Source of the DNA: the human T2T-CHM13v2.0 reference genome, Homo sapiens
Reading direction: 5' to 3' (one strand)
Assembly: GCF_009914755.1 (NCBI RefSeq)
Contig: NC_060925.1
DNA: 64,000 nt
This document shows positions 27,124 to 39,277 of the stretch, one piece after another. The translations under genes were made by a program, and so were the position numbers. How positions within the stretch are numbered: position 1 is the first letter of the stretch; every line of letters begins with the position of its first letter. The notes under the pieces are model-generated. The model made no database searches. It saw only the letters and a list, made by a program, of their open reading frames with translations, and was not told where the DNA came from.

Positions 27124-28480
27124 TGTTCCCTCCCCAGCTTGGAGGAAGCAAGAGATGGGACCTTGGCAATGGTTGTGGCAGCAGGACTTTCACTTGTTTC
27201 TTGGGGCTCCACTCCAGAGATATGCAGAGCCACTACCAGTTGGTACAATCAGCCCTGGATGGGGCAGCTGTGTTGTGGATTCAAGCCAGGAGTCCCTGCC
27301 CAATGACAAGCAGTGGGGACCAGGGGACCTGGGGAGACAGACTGGCCTCTTCTCTTTAGGGCAGCCGTGGTTTATTGGAGGTGTGGTTAAAGCACTCATG
27401 GTCTTTGTTCCTTTCCCAGTCTGAGGGCAGCAAAGGAAGTACCACTGTGGTTACAGTGGCAGAGGAGTTTTCAGTTGCCTCTTGGAGCTTCACCTCAAAG
27501 AAATACAAGGATCCTGCTAACCGGAATGTTCAGCTGGGTGTGGCTGAATATTCATCCAGGGACCCTGCTTGGTGAAAAGCTGGGGGTCAAGGCTCACAGG
27601 AAGGGGTGACTATACTCCTATCTGTATGGTGACTGTGGCAAGCTGGAAATGTGAGTAAAGCCCTCAAACTCTTTGCTCCTTTCCCAGTCCTGGGGCAGCA
27701 AGGGCAGAACCACTGCAGGAGCCATAACGGAGAGGCTGTTGGTTTCTTCTGAGAGCTCCATCCCTGGGAACCCAGAGCAACTACCAGTAAGAATGCTTAG
27801 CCTGGGGTGGGGCAGCTGTTCTGTGGTCCTGAGCCAGGGGCCCTGCCTGGTGAAGAGTTGGGGGTGAGGACTCACAGGGAAGAAAGACTGAGCTCCTTTT
27901 CATAGGGTGGCTGTGGCATGCTGGAGGTGCCAGCATATCAACCAGGCCCTTTGTTCCTTCCCCAGCCTGAAGGCAGTAAGGGCAGTACTACTGCAGCTGC
28001 AATGACAGAGGGGCTGTGGATGTCTCTGTGATTTTTTTCTTCAGAGAAACGCAGAGCTGCCACTGACTGAAGTATTCAGGTGCGGGCAGTGTAGTTATGC
28101 TGCAGGCACACCTCAAAAAGCCCCCTGCCCAGTGAGGAGTAGCAGGGCCAGGGACCCATGCAGAAAGCCATCTGACTGTTTGTTGGTAAGGCAGCTGTGC
28201 TGTGCTGGGGGCCCATGATAGTCCCTAATCCCTGCACTACCCTCCCAATCCTGAGAGCAGCAGGAATGAGGACTGTGGAGCTGCAAAATTTGCAGGCCTG
28301 CCTGTTACCCCTGGGAGCTCTGTTCCAAGAAAACGCAGAGCTGCAACAGGCCGAAAGCCCAGGTTGGGTGTTTCTGAGATCCTAGGTCAGGAGGCCTTGC
28401 CCTGTGAGGAGTAGCAGGGGTGGGGACCCTCATGGAAAACGTCTGGCCACTTTTCTGTAAGGCAGCTCTGCTATGCTGGG
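27124..28480. repeat. 4-5 degenerate ~275-bp tandem units in the old L1 5' UTR
   Basis: 'tgttcc(t)tcccag..tg.gggcagcaaggg' recurs at 27124, 27406, 27674, 27952; 'gtgaggagtagcaggg' recurs at ~28132 and ~28404. Confidence 0.75.
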
Positions 28481-29814
28481 GGTCTTCATTAGTCCACAGT
28501 CAAGGTGCTCTCTCCCATGGGTGGAGGGGTCCTAGGGTATTTCCTGTGCCCAGGATTGCAAAGGGGTCCATGGCAGAAGTGTGGTCCCCAGGGACCCTCA
28601 CTCACTGACCATTTTCCCGAGGTGGGGGCCTCCCCTGGCTCTGTACCACTCACAGGGTGGGCAATTGTCATATCTCACGCTTCTCCATTCTCCGTGGGTT
28701 GTGTTGTTTTCTTCATGAATTCCGAAGTTTACTCTTGGATGATCTAGTTGAAGAGCTAGTGTTTACTGATCACACTGTCTTCTCTCCTTGAAATTGGTGC
28801 ATATTAGCTGCTTCTAGTCAGCCCTCTTGCCCAGAATACCCAAAAAGAAAATTGTTAGTTCAGGGATTGTAGCTTTTTTTTTTGTTTTAACATGAGATAT
28901 GTGACTATAATAAACTTCAAGTTTTCAGGACCATTTTATGGATAAAAGGAGAATCTAACTTTTAAAAGTTGGGAAAATGATTTAATATTGGAAACTCAAG
29001 AGTTACAAATTCTTACAGTTATTTCAAAACTAAAGGTTTCTTTAGAACCAAATTTAGAGCTATAAATCCTATATCCGTAATCAAATCCAGTACTGATAAC
29101 AATGAACAATTGCTGAAGAGTAATATTCTCTCTCTCTTTACCAATGTAAGCCTTAGCATTGGTACTTTCTTGTATTATCTTTTTGCATGCCATTATGATC
29201 AGAAAAAACAAAAAGCTACCCAGAAAGGGCAGCTACATTCTAAATGATAGCTTTTACCTCCCTGAGGAGCTGCTAGTACCTACCTGATTAGAATTCATTT
29301 GTAAACAACAGAGGCCTTTTAAATCTAAATTACATTTCCTAATGAATTGTTTCTGTTTATTCAGTTTACATTAAGAAACTCTTCATTCATTGAGCAAATA
29401 CCTACTGAAACCTATATTATGCCAGGCATTCTGATAAATACTAGGTATGTATCAATAAATAAAAATTACTCCATTTTCAGAAATATTTTGAATAACTCCT
29501 ATGTATTAAGCAGGAATTTTTTAAATATACTAAAAACAGACAAAAATCCTGATCCTCATAGGGCTGCAGTCTGATGGAGGAAAGGGGAAATCATGCAAAC
29601 AAATATGTATATCTCTGAAATCTCTAAAATAATGTCAATAAAGGATTAGAATTATAAGGAGAAATAAAGCAGAGAGAAATGGAGAAATCCTGGGTGTGAT
29701 GTTTAAGTCACAGTGGTCAGGACACACAGTGGTTTAAGTCATCTCTGGAAGTGATTTTGGGGACACAGATTTGAATAAAAGAGAGATTGAACTATAGAAT
29801 ATTTATGGGAAGAG

Positions 29815-30120
<306 letters not shown>

Positions 30121-30952
30121 AGAATATTTGTGGAAAGAAATTCATGAGAAGGTTGAGAAAACTGTGCCCGGCAGAAAGGAACTATTGCAAAGCCCTTGAG
30201 GTAGGAAAGTGCTTGACTTATTCAAACAGAAGCTAGAAAGCTAGTGGAGTGAGCAACAGGAAGAAGGGAAGGAAGTGAGATTGAGGAGGAGGATGCAATG
30301 CTAGATTACATAGAACAATATTGTTTAGAGTTTAAAAATATGAACTTTGTTCTATGTGTAATGAGAAGCCAATAAAAGTTTTGAACATGAAAATGACTAC
30401 TGTGGTTAGTTTGCAGATGATGGAATACAATGTGTAATAATGTAAACAGGAAGACCAATTAGAGAACTATTGCACGGGCTAAAGTTAAATTAGAAACAAA
30501 AAACAATGATGACTGGGCAAGGATATCAGACGATGCTAGATGGTAAATTTAGGATGCTAAATTTCAGATTTACTGGGTTTTAACAAAGTTTAAAATTATT
30601 CAAATTTTTAATGTGAGCAACAGTGAGAAATAGTATTTTCATTTCCTAAGATGAGAAAGAATAGAAGGACATGTTTGATGGGAGGGTAAGCAGGAATCAG
30701 AAAAAAGGCTTTGTTTTGGATTTCTTTAGTTAGAAATATAGATTTTGCAGTTGAACATATGAATTTGGAATTCAGAAAACAAATTGGCATCAGTAATATA
30801 ATGTTTGGAAACTTTAATGTTGAGGTGATGTTTAAAGACTTAGGACCCAATAAGATTATTACTGAGGGAGTATGCAAAAGAAGAAGTCTGAAGACTCAGC
30901 TAGGATGCTTCAACTTTCAGAAGTTCAGAAGAAGGTAGAATAGAATAATCAG

Positions 30953-31427
30953 TGTTACAGGCTGAATGTTGTTCTCCCAAAATATATGTTGAAATCTGAA
31001 GCTTCAGTACCTGTGCATGTGATCTTCTTTAGAAATAAGATCTTTTAAATGTAATCAAATTCAAAGGAGGTCATTAGAATAGGGATCCAATATGACTGGT
31101 GTCCTTATAAGAAGAAGGGATAGAAACACACAGAAGAGAATGCCATGTGAAGACATGGATGCATGAGGTGAGAATGACATGATATTGGAGGCAGAGATTG
31201 AAGTGCTGCTGCTACAAGTAGAGGAATGACAAAGATTGCTGGCAAACCACCAGAAGCCAGGAAGAGACAAGAAAGAATTCTTCCTTTATGAGTTTCAGAG
31301 GGGAGCATAGTCCTGTCAACATGTTGATTTTGGACTTCAATTCTCCAGAACAGGGAGAAAATAAATTTCTGTTTATTGTAAACTCCCCATTTGTGGCACT
31401 TTAAAAAGGCCACCCTAGAAAACCTAA
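30953..31427 (+). mobile_element. MLT1C-like solo LTR
   Basis: 'tgttacaggctgaatg...aagattgctggcaaaccaccagaagc...ataaatttctg'; TSD atcag/gtcag. Confidence 0.85.
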
Positions 31428-31814
31428 GTCAGCAAGGGAGGAGAGAAATAAGTAACTATGTGGAATTGACAGTAGTAGATAAAATAAGATGAGGATTGAG
31501 AATTGACCTTTGAAGATCACACGTGAACAAAACAGTAGGAGCATCTATGATGACTGCGGATGGAAAGTTGTGGGGTTGCAGATTCGAGAGATAAAGGGAT
31601 TTTCACTTCCTGCCAAGAGGGAGTAACAGAGACTGGACTTACTCTCCCACATGAAGCAACTAAAAAAGTGGACAAAATATTTAAAATAAAAGTTCTCAAT
31701 ACATTGACCATTAAAAAATGAAAGACAATGATCCATTGACAAGAAGCATGAGCCTTTTGATTGCTCTATTTACTGCCTGGAGAAAGATTCCAGGTCATAG
31801 CACAAGGAGGACCT

Positions 31815-32959
31815 GGGTGTTTTCTAACACCAACAACCAATTTTCCAATTCTCTGATTTTTTACACCAACCAGAGGTCCTACAATTAAATTCCATTATGA
31901 CACTAACTACCTAGAGTTTGCATGAGACTCTATAGGTTTGAAAGCTCAGTCCCACAAGACTGACCACACTTCAGACTCCAGTTGCTAATGGGGTGCCTAG
32001 GCTACCTACCTTTATGCTTGGCCAACTACAAAGTAAGGGGTTCCCAGGACATCCCCCCATGATTAAGAATTTGGTGTAGCAATTTACAGACACTGGAAAC
32101 AGCTTTACAGACTATTAAAAGATAAAATTAGGCAAATTAAAATCTTAATGAATTTATTTGAGCATGCAGCAATATACGGATTGGCCAGCACCAGAAAACA
32201 AGCAGTTAGTGCTCCATTAAGGGGGCATGAGGCAAACACTTTTATAAGGGACACATGGAAACATGACAAAGAAAATATTTGACCAGTTAAAGTGGAAGTC
32301 CTTAGAGGTTGATTGGCAGTAGCTGATTAGCTAAGCTTAAGTTTCATGTTACTGTTGACACTGAGTTGGGTTTTGGTTTGCTTCTGTAAGAACCCAAGGT
32401 GCTAGTTGTCTCAGCCTATTGGCCTCCCAATTAATTATTTTAATGTTACTATTGCCAGTTTATTATAAAGCTCAGGAACAGCCAAATGGAAGAGACACAA
32501 AGTTCAAAGTATGGATGAAAGGGTGCAGAGCTTCCATGACCTCTCCAGTTGCACCACCCTTCCAGCATTTCAATGTGTTCACCAACCTGGAAGCTCTCAA
32601 ACCCCATGGGTTAGGGTTTTTTATGGAGACTCCATCACATAGGCATGATTTGTTAAATCAGTGGTCACTTGTGAGTGAAATCAATCTCCAATCCCTCTTC
32701 TCTCCCTGGAGGTTAAGGGACTGAAAATTCCAACCTTCTAATGAGAAGGCTGGTTCTTCTGACAACCAACCCCCACCCTGAAGCTATCTCACGGCCATAA
32801 GAGGGTCACCTCATTAGCATAAATTCAAATGTGGTTGAAAGAAGTTTGTTATTATTAACAAAAGACACTCCTATCACTCAGGAAGTTACAAGGCTTTTAG
32901 GCTCTGCTTTGTACCAGAAATGGAACAAACAGTAAATATGCATTTATTCTTATACCACA
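31815..32959 (-). mobile_element. MER21 LTR
   Basis: 'caccaacaaccaatt...gacactaactacctagag...gctcagtcccacaagactg...ctcaggaacagccaaatggaagag...tataccaca'. Confidence 0.8.
32113..32444 (-). mobile_element. MER93-like ERV1 LTR nested in MER21
   Basis: Minus strand starts ttaaaataattaattgggaggccaataggctgag...gcaaaccaaaacccaactcag. Confidence 0.55.
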
Positions 32960-33914
32960 GAATGGGAACACAAGTGAAACACAGAACTTTGAGTTGAGGA
33001 GCTGGAATTGCAGAGAGATCAAGGTGGCTGGCATGTATACAGCACAGTACTGAAGTAGAGAGAGCTATACAAAGAAATAACCCCAGAAATCTCCAGAGTC
33101 CCCCTTGTACATACAGCTGAGTACTGCTCAGTGCATGTGAGAAAACTACTTGAGTTTGGGAAAAGAACCACCTGAAAGGGTATGAGGGAAAAGTCTTCAA
33201 TGCTCACAAAGGGATAGGAATAGTGTTGTTCTCAACAGCCAGAATGGAAAACCTCATGATTCACAGGACATCAGGTAGATTGCTCAGAAGATTTATGTCT
33301 AAACAGAGGGGTGAACTTAGTCCTAAATGAAATGCTACTATCTTCTCATGCAACAAAGTTTATAATAAGACTCATATAACTTAACTATATCTCAAGAGGA
33401 AGCTCAATAATATTTATAGAAATAAAAAAAAAACCAGCACCAACAAATTAATATTCACAAAAATTTTGCATTCTCCACAAAATTACCATAAATGCCAAAA
33501 TACAGAAAACTACAATCCATAATAATGAAAGGAAGTAGGAATAACAAGGAACCATGAGGAAATTTTCATGGGTGAGTTTGGTTCATAACTGCAGTAACGG
33601 TTAAGTGGGTGCATGCACAGATCAAAACTTAACAATGATGTGTATATACTATATGTCAATTATGCTGCAATAAAGCTGATTGAAAAAAAACGAGACTGGA
33701 AGGTGAAGAAGTGGAAAGAGCAACTCTTTGGAGACTTTTCTTTAAAAGAAAAGTTAATAGAAGAATGACGTAGTGGTTGGAAGAAGAGATAGGATAAACA
33801 AATTTTCATGTTTTTTTCTGTTTTGAGGAAATAAATAGTATTTAAAAGTAGAATTTGTAGTAGATAGTAACTAAGTGGACACAAAAGATAGGATGAAATG
33901 GATTACTGGAACAC

Positions 33915-34130
33915 ATATAGTATAGCATCAGAAATAGAGAAACCTGGGTTGCAATCACTGTCGTGGCACTTCATTGTTGTGATCCTATGCAAACCACTTA
34001 TACCAAATGGACCTCAATTTCTTCATTTGTAAACTGAAGATAACAGCAATATGTACTTGCATTGTATTTACAATTTTAAAAATCATAAATACATAATAGA
34101 ATCCAGCAGCAAGCATAAAACATAATTAAC
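33915..34130 (+). mobile_element. MIR
   Basis: 'acctgggttgcaatc...cctcaatttcttcatttgtaaactgaagataac'. Confidence 0.7.
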
Positions 34131-34934
34131 ATTTTGCCTTTGCTTTCTCTGCTCTGTGTAGATAATAAAATGATACACTTTGCAGTGTTTTAGGAAGCTT
34201 GTCTTATGTAAACACAGAATAACAGTTTACCAATTTTGTAATATTTTTATTTCTTCCAGTCTGTTTTACTTTGCTAATTGCATACGGATCAACTGTCTTA
34301 GAAAAGTACTTTTATGATACTTACTATCTTGGGGAATAATCTTTAGAGAATAAAATAATATTTTTTGATCCTTCAGAAGAACATATAGAATAATGTATTA
34401 ACTCCATTTAAGATTCTGTCTCCAGCCTCACCCAAGCCGCTTTTTACCTTCGACCATATATTTTATTCCTCTGTGTAACTCAGTGTCTCCTAAACCCAAA
34501 CATACTCAGGTCTCTGTACATTGAAATATTGCAGCCCTTTATTTCTCCTGGGACACATTCTTTTCTCTCCACTCCCTCCACTCCTTCCATGCTGTTCTCA
34601 CCTATGGCCAACACTCAACTCACTTTTATGGAGTTTGTCAAACTACCAATTCTTCCAAGTGTTTCCCATTTTATGAAATATTTCCCAAAAGACAGCCTCT
34701 CCTAGCACCGTTGCCTGACATACCAAGCTCTCCACTACAACTCTTTTTTCACACTAGTGACACACACACACAAAATCTGTATTTTATTGGCCTCACCAGC
34801 CAAACTCGTGTGCCATATTTATAAAATAAACAAAATATCAAAATTCTGATGCCTGCTGCTCCTTTTCTCCTTTTAATATCTTGGAGTTTTGTCCTTTCTA
34901 AGGATCTCCTACTTGAGACCACGGAAAGCAGCAC

Positions 34935-35356
34935 TGTTAGTAATAGAATTCTGATGTTGATGCCAAGACATTAACCATGTTTCCAATAGGACACTGACAA
35001 GGCCAACAGGAACAAAGTGTATTTCTAACAGGACGTGGCCAAGATCACACTGAAGCTACTTCTGAGTTACTGCTGCTTTCTTGCGTAGCTGATCTGGCCT
35101 CCTGAACAAAGATTACTGAAATGTCCGGTAACTAAACTGCCCCCTCTTCTTGACAGTGTATCCAGATCGGCTTCCACATCCCTAAGCCCTTCTTCAATAA
35201 TTCAGCACAAGGAGAAACTCTGTTAAAACCTGCCACTCCTCTCACCGAGAGGCTCTACGCTTATCTTCCATTGTGTTTCCTTTACTACAACAAGATTAAA
35301 GACCCTACCTTTTTTTTTTCTTTCCTGTATATAAGTGGTTGGTGGATTTTAACACA
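34935..35356 (+). mobile_element. old ERV1-type LTR (MER90/MER31-like)
   Basis: tgttag...aca ends; 'gccaagacattaacc', 'gacaaggcca', ATTAAA near the 3' end. Confidence 0.45.
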
Positions 35357-36192
35357 CCAGTTATTCCTCCTGTGAATCCCTCAGAGATGGTGGAAACTGA
35401 GGCTGATGGGGGAACAACTTTAGCTAGGGAAGGAGGGTATTGGTTCTCACATTTGACCCACACTCCTCCTGCCCGGGGTTGTTCCTCTCTGCCTCCCTTC
35501 CCTACACTGCTGCTGTCCTCTTTTTGACATTTCTATTTATTTATTTTTCTGCCCTCTCAGATCAGCAGGAGAGCACCTAGGTCTCAGGGCCAGCTCTCTA
35601 TGGCAGGCCTCTGCAGCAGCACTTGTGAAGTGCTAGTGATTCACTTCCTTCTCTATTGCTCACCCTTCTCTTTCTTGGCAGGCAGTCCAGGGACTGGAGG
35701 AGGGTGGAGTATAGCAGGGAAAGCCAGGCACTGCCTCACATTTTCACTGGAAGCACTGCTCCCTCTTATTGGCAGGCCAAGTTTTTTAGTCTGAGCCATC
35801 AGACTAGATTTTGCCTTCACTTGCAGTGATCTCCCTCAGCGGCCCTCTTGCCCTTCCATCCAATCTGGCCCCTGTGTGGAATACCAAAACAGCAGTTAAA
35901 TTTGTGCATGTGGGAAAGTTAACTTACCAAATTCTTTTTCTGCCCTTTGGCAAATTAAAGGATGTAACTGGGAATATCTTACAAGGCACAAACATGCTAG
36001 GATGGCTAGGAAAGTTCTGGCTTATTCTGTTAGGATGCTTGTCTGCTCAGCACACACAGAAAACCTTTGGAGTTTATAGGACTAAACCTCTTGCTAAAGC
36101 CAACTGGAGTTTTATGATTGCTTATGTAATCCAAACACTACTCTTTAAAAATATAGCAGTTGATTTTATATTAATACTGATTTTGTGTTTAG

Positions 36193-36270
36193 CTGCCTCC
36201 CGCTGTGAGATTGTGAGTGGCCTGCCAGGAGGAATTGGTCTTAGGGGAGTAGCCCCTATCACGTCTCTGG
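36193..36270 (+). other. candidate 78-nt internal exon
   Basis: acceptor ttttgtgtttag|ct at 36192/36193, consensus donor tgg|gtgagt at 36270/36271, one frame open. Confidence 0.3.
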
Positions 36271-36799
36271 GTGAGTAGCCCTAGCACAGCAGTCAGCATG
36301 GAATGGATTCTTATTGGAACTATCCATGAAGCGTTTATAAAGATGCACAAATGCTAGGACATTCAGCAAATCTCTTAATTGGTGTATTGCTTATACCAGG
36401 CAATTAAAATATTATTTCATATTGCATGTTTAAAGAAGCTAATACTGGTTAAATTCTTAGTAATCAAATTGGACAAATTAATAAAGTGGGTCTCTGGCTA
36501 TGATTTGATTTTGGTTGTACAATGTCTTCAAAGATGAGCCCATTTCCCTACAAAAGATAGTTCCCCACAAAAGAAGTCGAATTCTGTCCAGCAGACATTC
36601 ACATATCCTAAGTGATTTGTGTGGAACATTGACAATAGTAACAATTTATACCGCTGGCCTCCTAAGTAGCACCAATAATTTTAGGGAGTTGATCTTAACT
36701 AATTCAGAGCTCAAATATGCTTGTTCAATAAATTAAAAACTACATTTGGTGGACCTCAAAGCACTAAATTATAAAACTGATACAATATTTTGCCAACAC

Positions 36800-37010
36800 A
36801 ACATTATGCTTGTTATAATGCCATGTCACAATCCATGTGATATTTTGTGGACAGACACCGTAGTTCTTTATGTATATTAATACTCACAGCAGTCTTTGCA
36901 ATGGGTATTATTATCTGCATTGAAAGATGAGGAAACTAAGGCACAGAAAAATCAAATGATTTTTCTCATGTCAGATGGATGGTAAATTTAGCAGTTTGGC
37001 TCCAGTAAGC
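36800..37010 (-). mobile_element. MIR
   Basis: 'ggtattattatctgcattgaaagatgaggaaactaaggcacaga' core. Confidence 0.75.
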
Positions 37011-38685
37011 ACATATTTCAAAACAACCCTGTCACAACTCTTTCTATGCTCTACACAAGATTTCTATGAAATAATGTGAAGAAGTTCCTAGCAGTGAGAC
37101 CATAACAGAGGATCTAACCTAAAAGAAAAAAAAGGGGAAAGAAGGTTGTCCTAGATATTCTCAATGATTGTTGCATTTTTAGAGTACAACTTGTATCAGT
37201 TTAGCAACATTGAACCTATTTTAGCTTCCTTGCAAGCTACTGATTTTTTTCCTCATTATAAAACCTTCAACTATATAAAGATTTTTCTCAATTCTTGCAG
37301 AAAACTAGGATGAATAAAGCAATGAATATGGTACCCTTTTAAATAACACACCAGGTTAGGTAGGAATTTTAACTTTTTTCTTGCTGTTGTTGTTTTTGGA
37401 AGATTTATAGCAATTAAATAACATGGTCTCTGGTAGTTCTGGGACTGTATTAACCATGGAATCATTTTATTTGTACATTAATGAAATTTAGGACTATCAT
37501 GAAATTTATAAAAAATAACATCTAACATATTTTTAGTTGTAAAACCTACATTCACAAGAATCCAAAGTCCTTGTAAAAAATAACCATCTTCCATTAAACA
37601 TATAAATCACCCCTTCAAAGAGTATCTGTATCCTTGATTTTTCATGAAATTGTGAGTTTCACAACATTGGGGAAGAATTAAGTAGTCTGTATAGCATTAG
37701 TATGCTAGGTCATCAAAGGAAAAATGGATAAATATCAGAATTTATTTCCAACAAGAAAATTGTTGTGCACAACTATTCATAGTTCAGTTTTGAAAATAAT
37801 ATTTAATATGCTTTTAAAATGCTAGTCAAGATATTCCAAGTTTTCTCATGCATCATTTACCTTCAGGAAACATGAAGAACTCAAATGTAAAAAAAATATT
37901 AAAAGAGAAAAAGCCACCCTACCTCAAAAAAGAATGGAATTTTGGGGGGTTTTGTTCTTATAATGTCTTAGTAGATAATATGCTGAAATATATAGAATGA
38001 TATGTCAACATAAGTCTTCATTAGATTCTAAACTAATGGAGTTTCATGTATGCCTATGACTCTGCATAGTTAAAATATCATCCTGGCATTTAAACTCATC
38101 ATTGAGATCAGAGCTAACTTGGGAGATCCAGGCTTGCATTGTGAAGTTGCAAATTATGGCAATTTCTCAGGTAATTTGAAGCAATTTCAATGACTTTCTC
38201 CTGTCTGCTTCAGGAAAGTACTAAACAAAAAGTAAATGTTATGTTTCATGTTGGGTCACTGATAAAACGTAAATGAACCCAGGACTCAGAATAAATTCCA
38301 GAGAGAACAGTATTTCTGTATTCAACGTGATGGTAAAGGCCAATGTATGAGGTTGAAACATCTTTATAATGTAGGTTTGCAAAACTATGTTTACTAAACC
38401 CTATTAGCAATATAGTCTTAGAATGGAGTCAAAAGCTACAAAAATAATTGCATAAATAGGTAATGTATGTTAATAAACATCTTATTTATATAACTTATCA
38501 GTGATACTCCAGACCTACCACCTCTTTTGTTTTGCTTGAGATTCTGACCTTTTAAACTAATCATTTTTGCTTCCTACATCTTCATTAACACATCATTAAC
38601 TCTGGAATTTAACCTGAGATCCGTTCTTAATTCTTCTCTCTCAAACTCATAAGGGCTTTATGATAGCTATGTAGTAAAAACAAGG

Positions 38686-38701
38686 TCTCCCTCTCTCTCT
38701 T

Positions 38702-38734
<33 letters not shown>
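38686..38734. repeat. (CT)n microsatellite
   Basis: direct reading. Confidence 0.95.
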
Positions 38735-39208
38735 AAGGAAACACTCAAAACCCTCTACATAGCTTACTGTTGCTTGAATCACCACCAAACACTTTCTCTC
38801 CCCTCTCCTGGTGGAACATGCTAGGACATCCTATGAATATGTGCTGGGAGTGTTTTATGAGTGTGATTTTACCTAACCAGGAAGTCAGGAAGGAGGAGAA
38901 TGACCTAATCTGCCATGTTTTCTTTATGAGAACATCTTCTTGGCAATGTGTGGTTTCAAGAAGTAGCTATAGAGTTTTAAAGTTGCCCTTACATCCTGAG
39001 TCAAGAAATGCTACCTTTCCTGCCATTCATTTCAATGAACCTGTAGTTTATTAAGCCAGTATCATTACTTTGAATTTGATTTGTGAGCATTACACAAAAA
39101 GCTGTATATGCCTGTATTTGATAAACAGAAGCATCTGACTTTGATTTGCATTACTATATTTGGATTCTTCAGTGATTGCTTGAAATGGCTCATGTTGATC
39201 CTTATATA

Positions 39209-39277
39209 TCTTTCTTTTCTTCCTTCCTTCCTTCATTCCCTTCCTCCTTCCTTCCTTCCTTCTTTTTTTTCTTTCCT
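39209..39277. repeat. (CCTT)n pyrimidine tract
   Basis: direct reading. Confidence 0.9.

Larger units (their letters stand above)
19838..28835 (-). mobile_element. full-length decayed LINE-1, L1PA15/16 (L1PREC2/L1PB-age)
   Basis: 3' end 'ggttcagggatacatgtgtaggtttgctatataggtaaattgc'; minus-strand ORF2 pieces ([23 protein letters not shown]) and ORF1 piece (MKENILKAARKKGQVTYKG); 5' end reads ggcaagagggctgactagaagcagct on the minus strand. Confidence 0.9.
31600..33690 (+). mobile_element. L1MC/MD-like relic: 5' end (31600-31810, 32960-33530) followed by 3' tail (33540-33690)
   Basis: 'acttcctgccaagagggagtaacagagactggac'; tail 'tatgtcaattatgctgcaataaagctgattgaaaaaaaa'. Confidence 0.6.

Noticed and set aside
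27124-28480. CRISPR-like or novel repeat-spacer array
   Set aside because: Whole ~275-bp units are degenerate copies of each other inside an L1 5' UTR; no short identical repeats with unique spacers and no cas genes.
19825-28860. TSD for the old minus-strand L1 (agaaaatattt / agaaaattgtt)
   Set aside because: Short, A/T-rich and mismatched; cannot be told from chance.
35830-35855. CTCF site (minus strand ggcaagagggccgc)
   Set aside because: Lacks the conserved leading CC of the core motif.
35811-36278. 155-aa ORF as a single-exon CDS
   Set aside because: Non-ATG (TTG) start and no recognisable domain; only the last 78 nt have exon-like boundaries.
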